Shown: piece by piece, positions 26,924-36,821 of the stretch
Layout of the letters: the number at the start of each line of letters is the position of its first letter
Numbering within the stretch: the stretch's first letter is position 1
Origin: Methanocorpusculum sp.
GTDB taxonomy: Archaea; Halobacteriota; Methanomicrobia; Methanomicrobiales; Methanocorpusculaceae
Direction: 5' to 3'
Assembly (NCBI GenBank): GCA_030539595.1
Contig: JAUNXW010000001.1
Span: 1-40,314, forward strand
Length of the DNA stretch: 40,314 nucleotides
Notes under the pieces: generated by a model
Databases searched by the model: none
What the model was told of the DNA's origin: nothing
What the model saw: the letters and a program-made list of their open reading frames with translations, nothing else
Program-made: the position numbers and the translations under genes

Positions 26924-28918
26924 ATGAAAGGCAGCCTGTTCTCACTATTCAAACAATGGTTCAAGCGAAACTTCGTTTTCTTCGGTCCAGGACTTCTCCT
27001 TGCAATCACCGCAGCAGGCGAAGCTGGTGTCACCGAAGCAATAGAAATAGGCGCTCACTACGGACTGCTTTTAATTTGGGCAGTAATCATCACACTTATT
27101 TTCAAATATGCATTCACAATAGGAATTGCACGCTACACTCTCTCAACCGGTCAAACTTTTTTCGACGGACTGAATAACCTCCCCGGACCTAAAAACTGGG
27201 GCTCATACTTAATAATAATATCTTACTTTGTAGAGATATTTGCAATAGGCGCAATGCTTATGCTTGCCGCAACCTTCCTTGACTACATAATTCCCGGTGT
27301 TTACTCTATAATTCTGATTGCGGTATTTTTGGCATGTCTTGCCTTCACAATCCTCAGAACAAGAGGATATCACTACTTTGAATACATCATGGCGGGAGTG
27401 GTCGTCATTCTGGCGGTTTTCGTTGTCTACTGCCTCGCAGATTATCCGCTTTCTCTTGAAATGGTTATTGAAGGAATCATTCCAAACATTCCTCACGGCT
27501 CGGAAACTGCGATTCTTGCTATAATCGGAGTTGTTGGTTCGGGTCTCAACCTAATGCTTTACTCTGTCTGGCTCAACGAAAAAACCCGGCGTCACGACGA
27601 TAAATCAAAGGACGTATGCAGTCTCCGCAATGAATCATTCTTCAAAAAATACATCCGTAGCGTTTCAGTCGACGTTCTTATCGGATTTATCTTCGTTGCC
27701 GTAATCACCATAGGATTTATGTTCCTCGGCTATGCAGGGTTTACGGTATCCTTTATGCCGCACGGTTCGGCTTTAAATATTGATATAATCATCACGCAGG
27801 TGATTTATATTTTCAGCACAGTTCCATACGGTGTTTATCTATTCCTCGCGTTCGTTTCGATTATATTCTTCGGGGCTGTTGTCATAGGTCTCGACGCAAG
27901 GTCAAAGGCTCTTTCAACCGTAATAGGACATCTGATTTTAGAACAAAAGCCGTCGGAACACAAAATATTTGATAAAATCACAAGGAAACTGAATCATGAT
28001 AAACTCTATCAGATTGTTCTTTTGTTATTGATGGCTGTAATGGCTGTATCTTTTACTTTCGGAGACCCGATGCTTACAATTCGCTCGATTTCTTCCGTGT
28101 GCGCAATTTTGTTCGGCGTCTTCGGCTTCATTTTAATTTACCTTAACCACAAACTTCCGCAGTATGCACGCGGCGGAAGAATGTGGATGCTGATTATCGG
28201 AATAGGCAGTGTGTTGTCAGTTTACGTTGCGCTGCTTATTGAGTCATCGTTTTTGACGTTCGGCATTCCGCTGATTGAGCATATGCTCGTGATTATGGTT
28301 GTAATTTTTGTATTCACAAAGTCGCAGATGTTCAAAAAACTTATTGCGGGCAAAGCGAATACTTTCGATAAACTCTGGGCTGTGGCGCTGTTTGGTTTGT
28401 TATCTGTTTACGGAGTATTCCGCGGAGTTTCAATGGGCGGAGGTTCGGGTGTTCTTTTCAATTTCGCAGATATAGGTCCGGCAATTGCGGGGCTTGTCGG
28501 AGGTCCTGTTGTCGGAGCTTTAGCCGGTCTCATCGGATGTTTTTACAGATTTACTCTTGGCGGAGATACGGTTATTGCATGTTCTATTGCGATGATTATT
28601 TCGGGTATTTTTGCCGGAGTTTCAATTTATAACTGGAAAGGAAAGATTACTTACATACGGGTGTTCATTCTCGCGCTGCTTACTCAAGGGTTCAATCTTG
28701 TTGTTCTTATGAGTGCCGCCGGTCTTGCCGGAGGGATGACGCCGACTGAGTTGAGCGGTCTTATTACAACAACATTTCTGCCGATGTTTGTCGTAAATAT
28801 CATAGGTCTGTTTATGTTTGTATTTATGACCAACAAATTCGGTGATTTTGTGCCGAATAAAATTGATATCATTGGTTCGATTACCGAAGTGTTAAACAGG
28901 TTCAGGAGGAGGAAATAA
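26924..28918 (+). CDS. NRAMP/APC-fold transporter fused to a C-terminal LytS/YhcK-type 5TM receptor (5TMR-LYT) domain
   Basis: N-terminal FGPGLLLAI…GAHYGLLLIWAV…KY…ARYTLSTGQT…G pattern of NRAMP-like carriers; C-terminal NFADIGPAIAGLVGGPVVGALAGLIGCFYRFTLGG…AC pattern of 5TMR-LYT. Confidence 0.75.
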   Translation: MKGSLFSLFKQWFKRNFVFFGPGLLLAITAAGEAGVTEAIEIGAHYGLLLIWAVIITLIFKYAFTIGIARYTLSTGQTFFDGLNNLPGPKNWGSYLIIISYFVEIFAIGAMLMLAATFLDYIIPGVYSIILIAVFLACLAFTILRTRGYHYFEYIMAGVVVILAVFVVYCLADYPLSLEMVIEGIIPNIPHGSETAILAIIGVVGSGLNLMLYSVWLNEKTRRHDDKSKDVCSLRNESFFKKYIRSVSVDVLIGFIFVAVITIGFMFLGYAGFTVSFMPHGSALNIDIIITQVIYIFSTVPYGVYLFLAFVSIIFFGAVVIGLDARSKALSTVIGHLILEQKPSEHKIFDKITRKLNHDKLYQIVLLLLMAVMAVSFTFGDPMLTIRSISSVCAILFGVFGFILIYLNHKLPQYARGGRMWMLIIGIGSVLSVYVALLIESSFLTFGIPLIEHMLVIMVVIFVFTKSQMFKKLIAGKANTFDKLWAVALFGLLSVYGVFRGVSMGGGSGVLFNFADIGPAIAGLVGGPVVGALAGLIGCFYRFTLGGDTVIACSIAMIISGIFAGVSIYNWKGKITYIRVFILALLTQGFNLVVLMSAAGLAGGMTPTELSGLITTTFLPMFVVNIIGLFMFVFMTNKFGDFVPNKIDIIGSITEVLNRFRRRK

Positions 28919-28921
28919 ATT

Positions 28922-30133
28922 ATGTCGGGACACGGACATGTTGAAAGATCCAAAAATTATTTGAGAGTTACGATTGTGTGCGCGATGATTACTGTTGTGA
29001 TGCTGATTATTGCGCTTCATCCGTATGGGGTTATTCCATCGGGCAATGAGACAAATACCATAGATATTGCGGTTCTTATGCCATTTACCGGAGAGCAAAG
29101 CGAGTTCGGTATTGCGTATTCACGCGGTGTGGCGCTTGCGGCTCAGGAGATTAATGAAAACGGCGGTATCAACGGTGAAAGAGTTGATGTGGAGTACTAT
29201 GATTACGAAGGGGATTTGACTAAGGTCAAGATGAAATTTTTCGATATTTTTGATACGAAAGTGAATACGATTATAGGCCCTCTTACAAGTTCTGAAACTC
29301 TTGAGATTGCTCCTTATGCGGAGATGTTTGAGGTTGTGCTTATTTCTCCGTCGGCAACGTCGGAAGGGCTTTCAGAGTATTCGGGTTATTTCTACAGAAC
29401 TGTTCCGTCCGATGCATATCTTGGAATCGGTGTTGCGAAGATTCTTGGAAACAGGGAGGATGTTTCTAAGATTATGGTGATTTATACGTCCGGGTCATAC
29501 GGTGTAGGGCTCAAAGACGGGCTTAAAGATGAGATTAATGCGTCTTTTCCTGAAAAAACTGTGGTGAGCGAGTTTGAGATTCCCGAAGGCGATGATGCCG
29601 ATGTTGAGGCTATTGTATCCGAAATGAAGTCTAAGGATGCGGACGGTGTATTTATTGTTGTAAGTTCTCCGTCGCAGCTGGTTTCTATTCTAAAGGGTGC
29701 AAGAGATGCGGGACTTTCGCCTCTGTGGATTGGAACGGATAATTCGGTGACGACGGAAATTAATGAGCTCGGTGATTATGCAAACGGGTTTATGGCGTGC
29801 CTTCCGTCTCAGATTTCTACAGACCCGATGTTTGAGTCAAGGTTTTACGAGAAGTTCAGTACAAAAGACGGTCTTGCGAATGCAATTTACGGATATGATA
29901 CTCTTAAGATTGTTCTTCAGTCTATTGAGAGCCGCGGTAAGAACAGTGAGGATATTAAAGACGGGCTTGATAATATCAGATATGTTGGTTTAACCGGAGC
30001 AATTAAGTTTGATTCAATGGGAGACAGATATCCGTCTTACGATGTGATGGAGTATAGAGACGGAGAGTGGACGGCGCTTAAATGGAGTAAGATGCTCGAT
30101 TTCAGCGGAACGGATACCGGTCATCACGAGTAA
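28922..30133 (+). CDS. Membrane-anchored LivJ/LivK-like (type I) solute-binding protein
   Basis: N-terminal TM; IAVLMPFTG…G…GVALAAQEINENGGING, IIGPLTS, LISPSAT, FYRTVPSD, YGYD, GLTGAIKFD…GDR. Confidence 0.88.
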   Translation: MSGHGHVERSKNYLRVTIVCAMITVVMLIIALHPYGVIPSGNETNTIDIAVLMPFTGEQSEFGIAYSRGVALAAQEINENGGINGERVDVEYYDYEGDLTKVKMKFFDIFDTKVNTIIGPLTSSETLEIAPYAEMFEVVLISPSATSEGLSEYSGYFYRTVPSDAYLGIGVAKILGNREDVSKIMVIYTSGSYGVGLKDGLKDEINASFPEKTVVSEFEIPEGDDADVEAIVSEMKSKDADGVFIVVSSPSQLVSILKGARDAGLSPLWIGTDNSVTTEINELGDYANGFMACLPSQISTDPMFESRFYEKFSTKDGLANAIYGYDTLKIVLQSIESRGKNSEDIKDGLDNIRYVGLTGAIKFDSMGDRYPSYDVMEYRDGEWTALKWSKMLDFSGTDTGHHE

Positions 30134-30334
30134 ATTGGGTTGTCGGAGCTATTCAATAAGGGGATTCATTTTTTTTTATTTTGCGACTGTGTCCCGTGAA
30201 ATAATTTTAAAGCCCTGATAAAGCGCAGCCGCGTAAGTCCTATATTAATTTGAAATAGTAATTTGTTGGTCTTCAAGATTATTTGGCGAGACAACAAAAA
30301 ATACAAAATTTAGAGGAACAACAATCTCAACATC

Positions 30335-30472
30335 AAATCTTGTCCAACAGATTCATATAACGATTCAAATACTTATGGTTTTCTCGCAAGCCTAATGTCT
30401 TGCTCAGCTAAAGATGCTAAAACATCTCGCCTCAGCTGAGAAACCTAAAGGTTTCTCCTATTGGACAAGCTC
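30335..30472 (+). repeat. Filled inverted-repeat element carrying a hairpin array
   Basis: TTGTCCAA 30340-30347 … TTGGACAA 30461-30468, with a 94-bp hairpin-array insert (30366-30459) flanked by ATT on both sides. Confidence 0.82.
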
Positions 30473-30535
30473 ATAATCTATAAGTTTCAATAACAACAAA
30501 CTTGATATCGTCACCGTGCTAACATATAGCACAGT

Positions 30536-31327
30536 ATGTTTGGAAAACAAATACGTATGGAGCGTATTGTCGACCGAAACTCTAAACGAGTTGTTGTGGT
30601 TCCGTTAGATCACGGTATCTCAATGGGACCAATCCCGGGCTTAATCGACATGCGTACAACCATCAACAAAATTGCAGAAGGCGGTGCGACAGCCGTTTTA
30701 ATGCACAAAGGAATGGTACCTTTCGGTCACAGAAATTCAGGAAAAGACATCGGGCTTATAGTTCACTTATCCGCGGGAACGGGGCTCGGCGGCGACCCGA
30801 ACTCCAAAGTCATCGTCACAACAGTTGAAGAAGCCCTGACACTCGGAGCCGACGCTGTTTCCATTCACATAAATATAGGCGCGGACACCGAACCTCAAAT
30901 GATTCAAAACGCAGGTGAAATCTCAAGAAAATGTCAGCAGTGGGGTATGCCGCTCCTTGCAATGGTTTATCCCCGCGGAACAAATATCAAAAATCCCTTC
31001 GACGTCGACGCACTCAAAACCTGCGCAAGAGTTGCTGCAGAACTCGGAGCAGACTTGGTTAAAACAAGCTACACCGGAGACATCGACACTTTCCGCGAAG
31101 TAACCCAAGGTGCGCAGATACCTGTATTAATTGCCGGCGGACCAAAAATGAATACCGACCTTGAACTTCTGACTATGGTCAGAGATTCGCTTGACGCGGG
31201 CGGCTGCGGAGTATCCATTGGAAGAAACATCTTCCAGCACAAAGACATAGTCGGCGTTACAAAAGCCGTTTCCGATATAGTTCTTCACGACGCCTCGGTA
31301 GAAGACGCGCTGAAACATATAAAATGA
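30536..31327 (+). CDS. aroA': 2-amino-3,7-dideoxy-D-threo-hept-6-ulosonate (ADH) synthase, DhnA-type aldolase
   Basis: [48 protein letters not shown]; heads the shikimate operon. Confidence 0.9.
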   Translation: MFGKQIRMERIVDRNSKRVVVVPLDHGISMGPIPGLIDMRTTINKIAEGGATAVLMHKGMVPFGHRNSGKDIGLIVHLSAGTGLGGDPNSKVIVTTVEEALTLGADAVSIHINIGADTEPQMIQNAGEISRKCQQWGMPLLAMVYPRGTNIKNPFDVDALKTCARVAAELGADLVKTSYTGDIDTFREVTQGAQIPVLIAGGPKMNTDLELLTMVRDSLDAGGCGVSIGRNIFQHKDIVGVTKAVSDIVLHDASVEDALKHIK

Positions 31328-32349
31328 CAATATATCCGAAAATAATTATCCGTGCGGACGCACCTAAATCCTACGACGAGCGAAAACAGACAGTCGAAGC
31401 GGCGCTTGAAGCCGGATACAATACAATAATTATAAGAGCCGAAGACGAGGCTCTCAAACACCTCGGACGATATACGGCACTGGTAAAAAAAGGAGATGAA
31501 CTCTTTTCGGGCGAAACAAAAGAAGGCGTACTCTTAAAACTCAGCGGCTCAGCGGACATGGATAAAGCATACGCGGTAAAGCTCCCGCTGCTGATTGTTG
31601 AGCCTTCCGACTGGAAGATAATTCCGCTTGAAAATCTTATCTCGCGGTTTCAAAATACAGAGACCAAAATATATGCCTGCGTAAAAACACTCACCGAAGC
31701 TGAACTTGCACTTAAAACAATGGAAGTTGGATGCAGCGGAGTTGTAATTGACGCAGGCGCAGCCGAACTTTCGGAATTTTCAAAACTTGCCGATGAGGAT
31801 TTCCCCGAAATCAAACTTGATGAGGCTGAGGTTATAAAAATTACGCCGCTTACTCTTGGAGACCGTGTCTGCATCGACACCTGCTCGTTGATGGATGAAG
31901 GCGACGGAATGTTAATCGGCTCGCAGTCTTCGGGATTATTTTTGGTCTGTTCGGAGAGTTTCAAAAGCGAATACGTTAACGCCCGCCCTTTCAGAGTAAA
32001 TGCGGGGGCTGTTCACTCGTATATAATGTGTCCGAACGGCACAACAAAATATCTCTCTGAAATAAGCGCAGGCTCAGAAATTCTTGTCAGAAATTCCGAC
32101 GGCAGCCTGCGCAGCGTAAGCACAGGCAGAGTAAAAATTGAGGTCAGACCTATGCTTCTTATCGAAGCGGAATCAGGCGGTAAAAAATATTCGGTTGTGC
32201 TGCAGAACGCAGAAACAATCCGCCTTAAAACCCCAAACGGTGCAAAATCTGTCTCAGATTTATCTGTCGGAGACAAAGTTTTCATAAGGCTTGAAGCGGG
32301 CGGACGCCACTTCGGGCACGCAATGCAGGAAAGTATAACCGAAAAATGA
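31324..32349 (+). CDS. aroB': 3-dehydroquinate synthase II
   Basis: DWKIIPLENLI, GDRVCIDTCS, RPFRVNAGAVHSY, GRVKIEVRP, LQNAETI, GRHFG. Confidence 0.95.
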   Translation: MTIYPKIIIRADAPKSYDERKQTVEAALEAGYNTIIIRAEDEALKHLGRYTALVKKGDELFSGETKEGVLLKLSGSADMDKAYAVKLPLLIVEPSDWKIIPLENLISRFQNTETKIYACVKTLTEAELALKTMEVGCSGVVIDAGAAELSEFSKLADEDFPEIKLDEAEVIKITPLTLGDRVCIDTCSLMDEGDGMLIGSQSSGLFLVCSESFKSEYVNARPFRVNAGAVHSYIMCPNGTTKYLSEISAGSEILVRNSDGSLRSVSTGRVKIEVRPMLLIEAESGGKKYSVVLQNAETIRLKTPNGAKSVSDLSVGDKVFIRLEAGGRHFGHAMQESITEK

Positions 32350-33674
32350 CAAAAATTTGTGCGGTTGCAGCGGATGTTAATTCTCCGGAAAAGGCTGTTT
32401 TGCTCGGAGCGGATGCTGTCGAATACAGATTTGACCTGTTCGATAAAATTCCCGAGAAATTTTCATTCAACCCTCGTGTCACAAATATCGTGACGCTAAG
32501 AAATACGGATAATAAATCCGATTTTTTTAAATCGGCTCTTGAATGCGGTGCGGACTTTGTCGATGTCGAGTCGGATTCTGCTCTGAGAAACGAGTTCGGG
32601 AAAGAAAACACAATCTGTTCTTTTCACGATTTTACAAAAACTCCGTCGGCGGATGAAATTCTGAAGATATTTGATGATTTGAAAACTTCGGGACTGCCCA
32701 AAGCCGCGTTCACCGTAAAATCCGCAACAGACCTTTTTGAGATTTACAAAGCTTCGCAGATTTTAAAAAAATCTGCGGAGAAGTTTATTTTGATTGGGAT
32801 GGGGGAAGCCGGAGAACTCACGCGACTCCGTTCAGGCATCTTGGGCTCTGAATTTAATTACTGTGCTTTTCCGAAAAAATCCGCGCCGGGTCAGATCACT
32901 CTTGCCGAGGCGCTGAATTTGAAAAATCCGATTGTTACGGGAATTGTAGGATTTCCTCTCGAACATACGTTTTCGCCGAGAATCCACAACGCCGCGTTTA
33001 TAGACGCAGGAATTTGCGGAAGATACGTAAAAATACCGTGCCGGGCGGATGAACTTTATCTTGTCAAAGAGTTGATGTCCGCATACAAAATAAGCGGTCT
33101 TAATGTTACAATTCCGCACAAAGAAAATATTATCCGCTGCCTGCCTGAATTAAGCGAAACAGCGAAAGCTGTGGGCGCGGTAAATACAATCACAAAAGAA
33201 TTTTCGGGCGAAAATACAGATGCCGCAGGCATTGCCGCGTCGCTTGACTGCACAAATCCTGTAGGAAAAAAAGTTCTGCTTATCGGTGCGGGAGGCGCTG
33301 CAAGAGCCGCTGCGTATTATTTTACAAAGGCTAAGGCAGATTTGACTATAACCAACCGAACTTTTGAAAAAGCCAAAGTTCTGGCGGATGAATTCAATTC
33401 CGAGGCTGTTGAGATTGATAAACTTAGGTTTGATTACGAAATTATTCTGAATGCGACACCCGCCTCGCCGAAGATAAAAATTTCAAAAGATGCGGTCGTG
33501 ATGGATATGAAATATCCAAATTCGGAGTTTTTGAATTTTGCGAAGGAAGCGGGCGCAAAAACAATTTCGGGCAAAACTATGCTTATCAATCAGGCGGCTG
33601 AATCGTTTAAAATCTGGACGGGCTTTGCGCCGTCTGTATCTGTTATGGATGCGGCTTTTGAGGGGGAGCAATGA
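32346..33674 (+). CDS. aroDE: Type I 3-dehydroquinate dehydratase - shikimate dehydrogenase fusion
   Basis: EYRFD, SFHDF, MGEAG, SAPGQ, then HTFSPRIHN, NVTIPHK, GAVNT, NTD, GAGGAARA. Confidence 0.92.
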   Translation: MTKICAVAADVNSPEKAVLLGADAVEYRFDLFDKIPEKFSFNPRVTNIVTLRNTDNKSDFFKSALECGADFVDVESDSALRNEFGKENTICSFHDFTKTPSADEILKIFDDLKTSGLPKAAFTVKSATDLFEIYKASQILKKSAEKFILIGMGEAGELTRLRSGILGSEFNYCAFPKKSAPGQITLAEALNLKNPIVTGIVGFPLEHTFSPRIHNAAFIDAGICGRYVKIPCRADELYLVKELMSAYKISGLNVTIPHKENIIRCLPELSETAKAVGAVNTITKEFSGENTDAAGIAASLDCTNPVGKKVLLIGAGGAARAAAYYFTKAKADLTITNRTFEKAKVLADEFNSEAVEIDKLRFDYEIILNATPASPKIKISKDAVVMDMKYPNSEFLNFAKEAGAKTISGKTMLINQAAESFKIWTGFAPSVSVMDAAFEGEQ

Positions 33675-34495
33675 CCGGTTTTGGAAAAAGTCACGGTGCG
33701 CTGACTGTTGTAAATGCCATTGCTTCGGGTTTCGGCTCAGCCTTCGGAATAAATCTTGAAACACGTGCGGAAGCAGACATCCGCAAAAAATCAGGATTCA
33801 CTCTTGAGATTAACGGCATTGAAAGCAGTCCAAAGTTTGCTGAGCTGCTGATTCATGAAATTTCTCCCGAAATTAAGGGGGCGGCTGTTAAAACATTTTC
33901 AGATATTCCTCTGTCGATGGGGCTTAAAAGCAGCAGCGCCGCAGCAAATGCAATTCTTCTGGCATCAGCCGATGCTCTCGGAGTTGAGATTTCCCCGCTT
34001 GAACTTCTGAAAAAAAATACCCGGGCTTCAATTAACGCGGGGGTAAGCATAACCGGAGCATTTGACGACGCGGCTGCCTGCCTTTTGGGCGGTCTGGTTT
34101 TTACGGACAACAAAAACTGTGAGATTGTTTCCAGAAGAGAAATGCCCGAAGGGATTTCGGCAGTTATTCATCTGCCGAAATACATAACCCCGAAATCAGT
34201 TTTCCCGTCGGATAAACTCCGTGAAAAAAAGTCCGAGGTTGAAAAAATATACTTGCATGCGCTTGATGGGGATGTCTTCAAAGCTATGTACGATAACGGA
34301 AAATGCACCTGCGAAGCTTTGGGGATTTCAACGAAGACAGCCGACTTTGCGCTGTCCTGCGGAGCAAAAGCCGCAGGGCTTTCGGGCACCGGACCTGCGA
34401 CTGGAATCCTTGTGGATTCAAAAAATCTTGAAGAGTTTCTTGAAAAATTCGGCAGAACCGACTGCATCGTGACAAATTTATGGGAAGGAAAATGA
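33671..34495 (+). CDS. aroK: Archaeal shikimate kinase (GHMP family)
   Basis: GALTVVNAI, IPLSMGLKSSSAAAN, SITGAFDDA, LSGTGP. Confidence 0.93.
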   Translation: MTGFGKSHGALTVVNAIASGFGSAFGINLETRAEADIRKKSGFTLEINGIESSPKFAELLIHEISPEIKGAAVKTFSDIPLSMGLKSSSAAANAILLASADALGVEISPLELLKKNTRASINAGVSITGAFDDAAACLLGGLVFTDNKNCEIVSRREMPEGISAVIHLPKYITPKSVFPSDKLREKKSEVEKIYLHALDGDVFKAMYDNGKCTCEALGISTKTADFALSCGAKAAGLSGTGPATGILVDSKNLEEFLEKFGRTDCIVTNLWEGK

Positions 34496-35745
34496 CGCTC
34501 AGAGTTAAAAAATCAAATCTCTTCGGGGAAGTCTTTGCACCGCCGTCAAAAAGTCATACGCACCGCGAATATATTCTTGCGGCGCTGTCGTGCGGAACTT
34601 CGGAGATATCGTCGCCGCTTTTTGGAGACGATACAAACGCGACGCTTGACTGCCTTGAAAAACTCGGCGCAAAGATTTCCGTTGCCGAAGGCAAAGTAAA
34701 AATTACAGGAGGCTGCCTTAAAGCGCCTTCTGAGATTTTAGACTGCAGAAACTCAGGCACGGCAATAAGAATTCTTGCGGGTGTTGCATCAAAAATCAAA
34801 GGGACTGTGAAATTCACAGGAGACGCATCGCTTTGCGGCAGACCGATGAAACCTCTTCTCAATGCGCTTGAAGAGCTCGGTGCGTTTGTTTCTTCCGAAA
34901 ACGGATGTGCTCCGTTTTCGGTTTCCGGAGTTGCCGACGGCGCTTCGGTTTCAATTCGCGGGGATATCTCCTCGCAGTTTATATCGGCTCTGCTTATCTC
35001 CGCACCGCTTGGAAAAAACAGTCTGAGGGTGAAACTCACAACCGAACTTGCGTCTGAACCGTATGTGGATATGACTGTTGCCGCTATGAAAATTCATGGT
35101 GTTGAGGTTTTAAAAACCGAAGACGGCTTTTTTGTTGAAAAAGGTCAGACCTATCACGCGGTTTCTTCGACGGTTTCCGGGGATTACTCATCAGCCGCAT
35201 TTATGCTTACGGCGGGCGCTCTGCTTGGAAAAGTCACCGTAGACAATCTTCTTGAAAATGATACTCAGGGAGATTCTGAAATTATTACGATTCTGAAAAA
35301 GTTCGGTGCGGACGTTAAAAGAGAAGGAAACTCTGTCACTGTATCGAAATCTGAACTGAGAGGAGCAGAAATTAATCTGTCGAACGCACCGGACTTGTTT
35401 CCTATTGTCTGCACCGCCGCAGCTTTTGCGCAAGGTATTACAAAAATCACCGGAGCGGCTCATTTAAAATTTAAGGAGAGCAACAGAATTAAGACAACAG
35501 CAGAGTTCTTGAAAAAGATGGGGGCGGATATTACGGAAACTGACGACGGGTGTGTTATCGTCGGAAAGAATAATCTGGTCGGAACTGCAATACATTCATA
35601 CGGAGACCACCGAATCGCAATGTCTGCTGTAATTTGCGGGCTGTGCGCAGAAGGCGAGACTGTTGTCGATGATATCGACTGCGCAGCAGTTTCTTACCCG
35701 GGCTTCGTAAGCGATATTAAAAAACTCGGTGGAGATGTAAAATGA
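34492..35745 (+). CDS. aroA: EPSP synthase
   Basis: PPSKSHTHR, NSGTAIR, ISSQFISALL, GDYSSA, KESNR, DHRIAM, SYPGF. Confidence 0.96.
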   Translation: MTLRVKKSNLFGEVFAPPSKSHTHREYILAALSCGTSEISSPLFGDDTNATLDCLEKLGAKISVAEGKVKITGGCLKAPSEILDCRNSGTAIRILAGVASKIKGTVKFTGDASLCGRPMKPLLNALEELGAFVSSENGCAPFSVSGVADGASVSIRGDISSQFISALLISAPLGKNSLRVKLTTELASEPYVDMTVAAMKIHGVEVLKTEDGFFVEKGQTYHAVSSTVSGDYSSAAFMLTAGALLGKVTVDNLLENDTQGDSEIITILKKFGADVKREGNSVTVSKSELRGAEINLSNAPDLFPIVCTAAAFAQGITKITGAAHLKFKESNRIKTTAEFLKKMGADITETDDGCVIVGKNNLVGTAIHSYGDHRIAMSAVICGLCAEGETVVDDIDCAAVSYPGFVSDIKKLGGDVK

Positions 35746-36821
35746 ATACGATAGGACACACAATAAAACTGACTTTGTTCGGAGCAAGCCATGACGATTT
35801 TATCGGATGCGTGCTTGACGGTGTTCCCGCGGGATATTTTGTCGATGAGAAAAATATTGAGGCGGATTTGGCTCTTAGAAAACCCGCGAGAGGAATAGGA
35901 ACTTCAAGAACGGAAGACGATATTCCTGCGGTTTCTGGGCTTAGAAACGGCGTAACAACCGGGGCGCCGATTGTGATAACTATAGCCAACAATAATATAA
36001 ACGACGCAGATTACGAGGCAATGCGCCGAGTTCCGCGCCCGGGACATGCGGATTATCCTGCATACTGCAAATACGGAAGTTCGCACGATATAAGAGGCGG
36101 CGGGATGTTTTCGGGCAGAATGACAACACCGCTTGTTGCCGCAGGCTCGCTTCTTAGAGATTTTGTAGGGATGTTTGGGATTTCCGTAGGCTCATACGTT
36201 TCCAGAATCGGAAGAATTGAGGATAATAATTCTTATCTGCCGAGCGAGATTATGAAAATTTCAAGAACAAATCCGATACGCGCCATGTCGCAGGAAATGG
36301 AGATGCAGATGAAGGCTGAGATTCTCGCGGCAAAATCCGACGGAGACAGCGTCGGCGGACTTGTTCGCTGTGTTGCGGCAGGTCTTTTTCCGGGGCTTGG
36401 AGAGCCGTTTTTTGATACGCTTGACGGAGAAATTTCAAAAGCCGTGTTTGCTATTCCGGGGGTTAAGGGGATTTCATTCGGAGCTGGATTTAAGGTTGCC
36501 TCGCTTCGCGGTTCTGAAAACAATGATTCATACAGAATTGAGCACGGTTCGGTTGAGACCGTTACAAATAATGCGGGCGGGGTTCTGGGAGGTATGTCAG
36601 ACGGTGCGGCGCTTGATTTTTCGGTTGCGTTTAAGCCGACGCCGTCGATTGCGAAGCAGCAGAATTCTGTAGACCTCGTGGATTTTGCGGATGCCGAGCT
36701 TCTTGTTAAAGGACGTCATGACCCATGTATTGCAACACGCGGCGCAATTGTTGTTGAGGCGATGACTATTTTGACGCTTTCCGATTTGCTTATTCGCGGA
36801 GGATTCAAGTGTCAGACCTGA
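35742..36821 (+). CDS. aroC: Chorismate synthase
   Basis: FGASH, PRPGHAD, GGGMFSGR, DGDSVGG, NNAGGVLGG, FKPTPSI, GRHDPCI. Confidence 0.96.
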   Translation: MNTIGHTIKLTLFGASHDDFIGCVLDGVPAGYFVDEKNIEADLALRKPARGIGTSRTEDDIPAVSGLRNGVTTGAPIVITIANNNINDADYEAMRRVPRPGHADYPAYCKYGSSHDIRGGGMFSGRMTTPLVAAGSLLRDFVGMFGISVGSYVSRIGRIEDNNSYLPSEIMKISRTNPIRAMSQEMEMQMKAEILAAKSDGDSVGGLVRCVAAGLFPGLGEPFFDTLDGEISKAVFAIPGVKGISFGAGFKVASLRGSENNDSYRIEHGSVETVTNNAGGVLGGMSDGAALDFSVAFKPTPSIAKQQNSVDLVDFADAELLVKGRHDPCIATRGAIVVEAMTILTLSDLLIRGGFKCQT

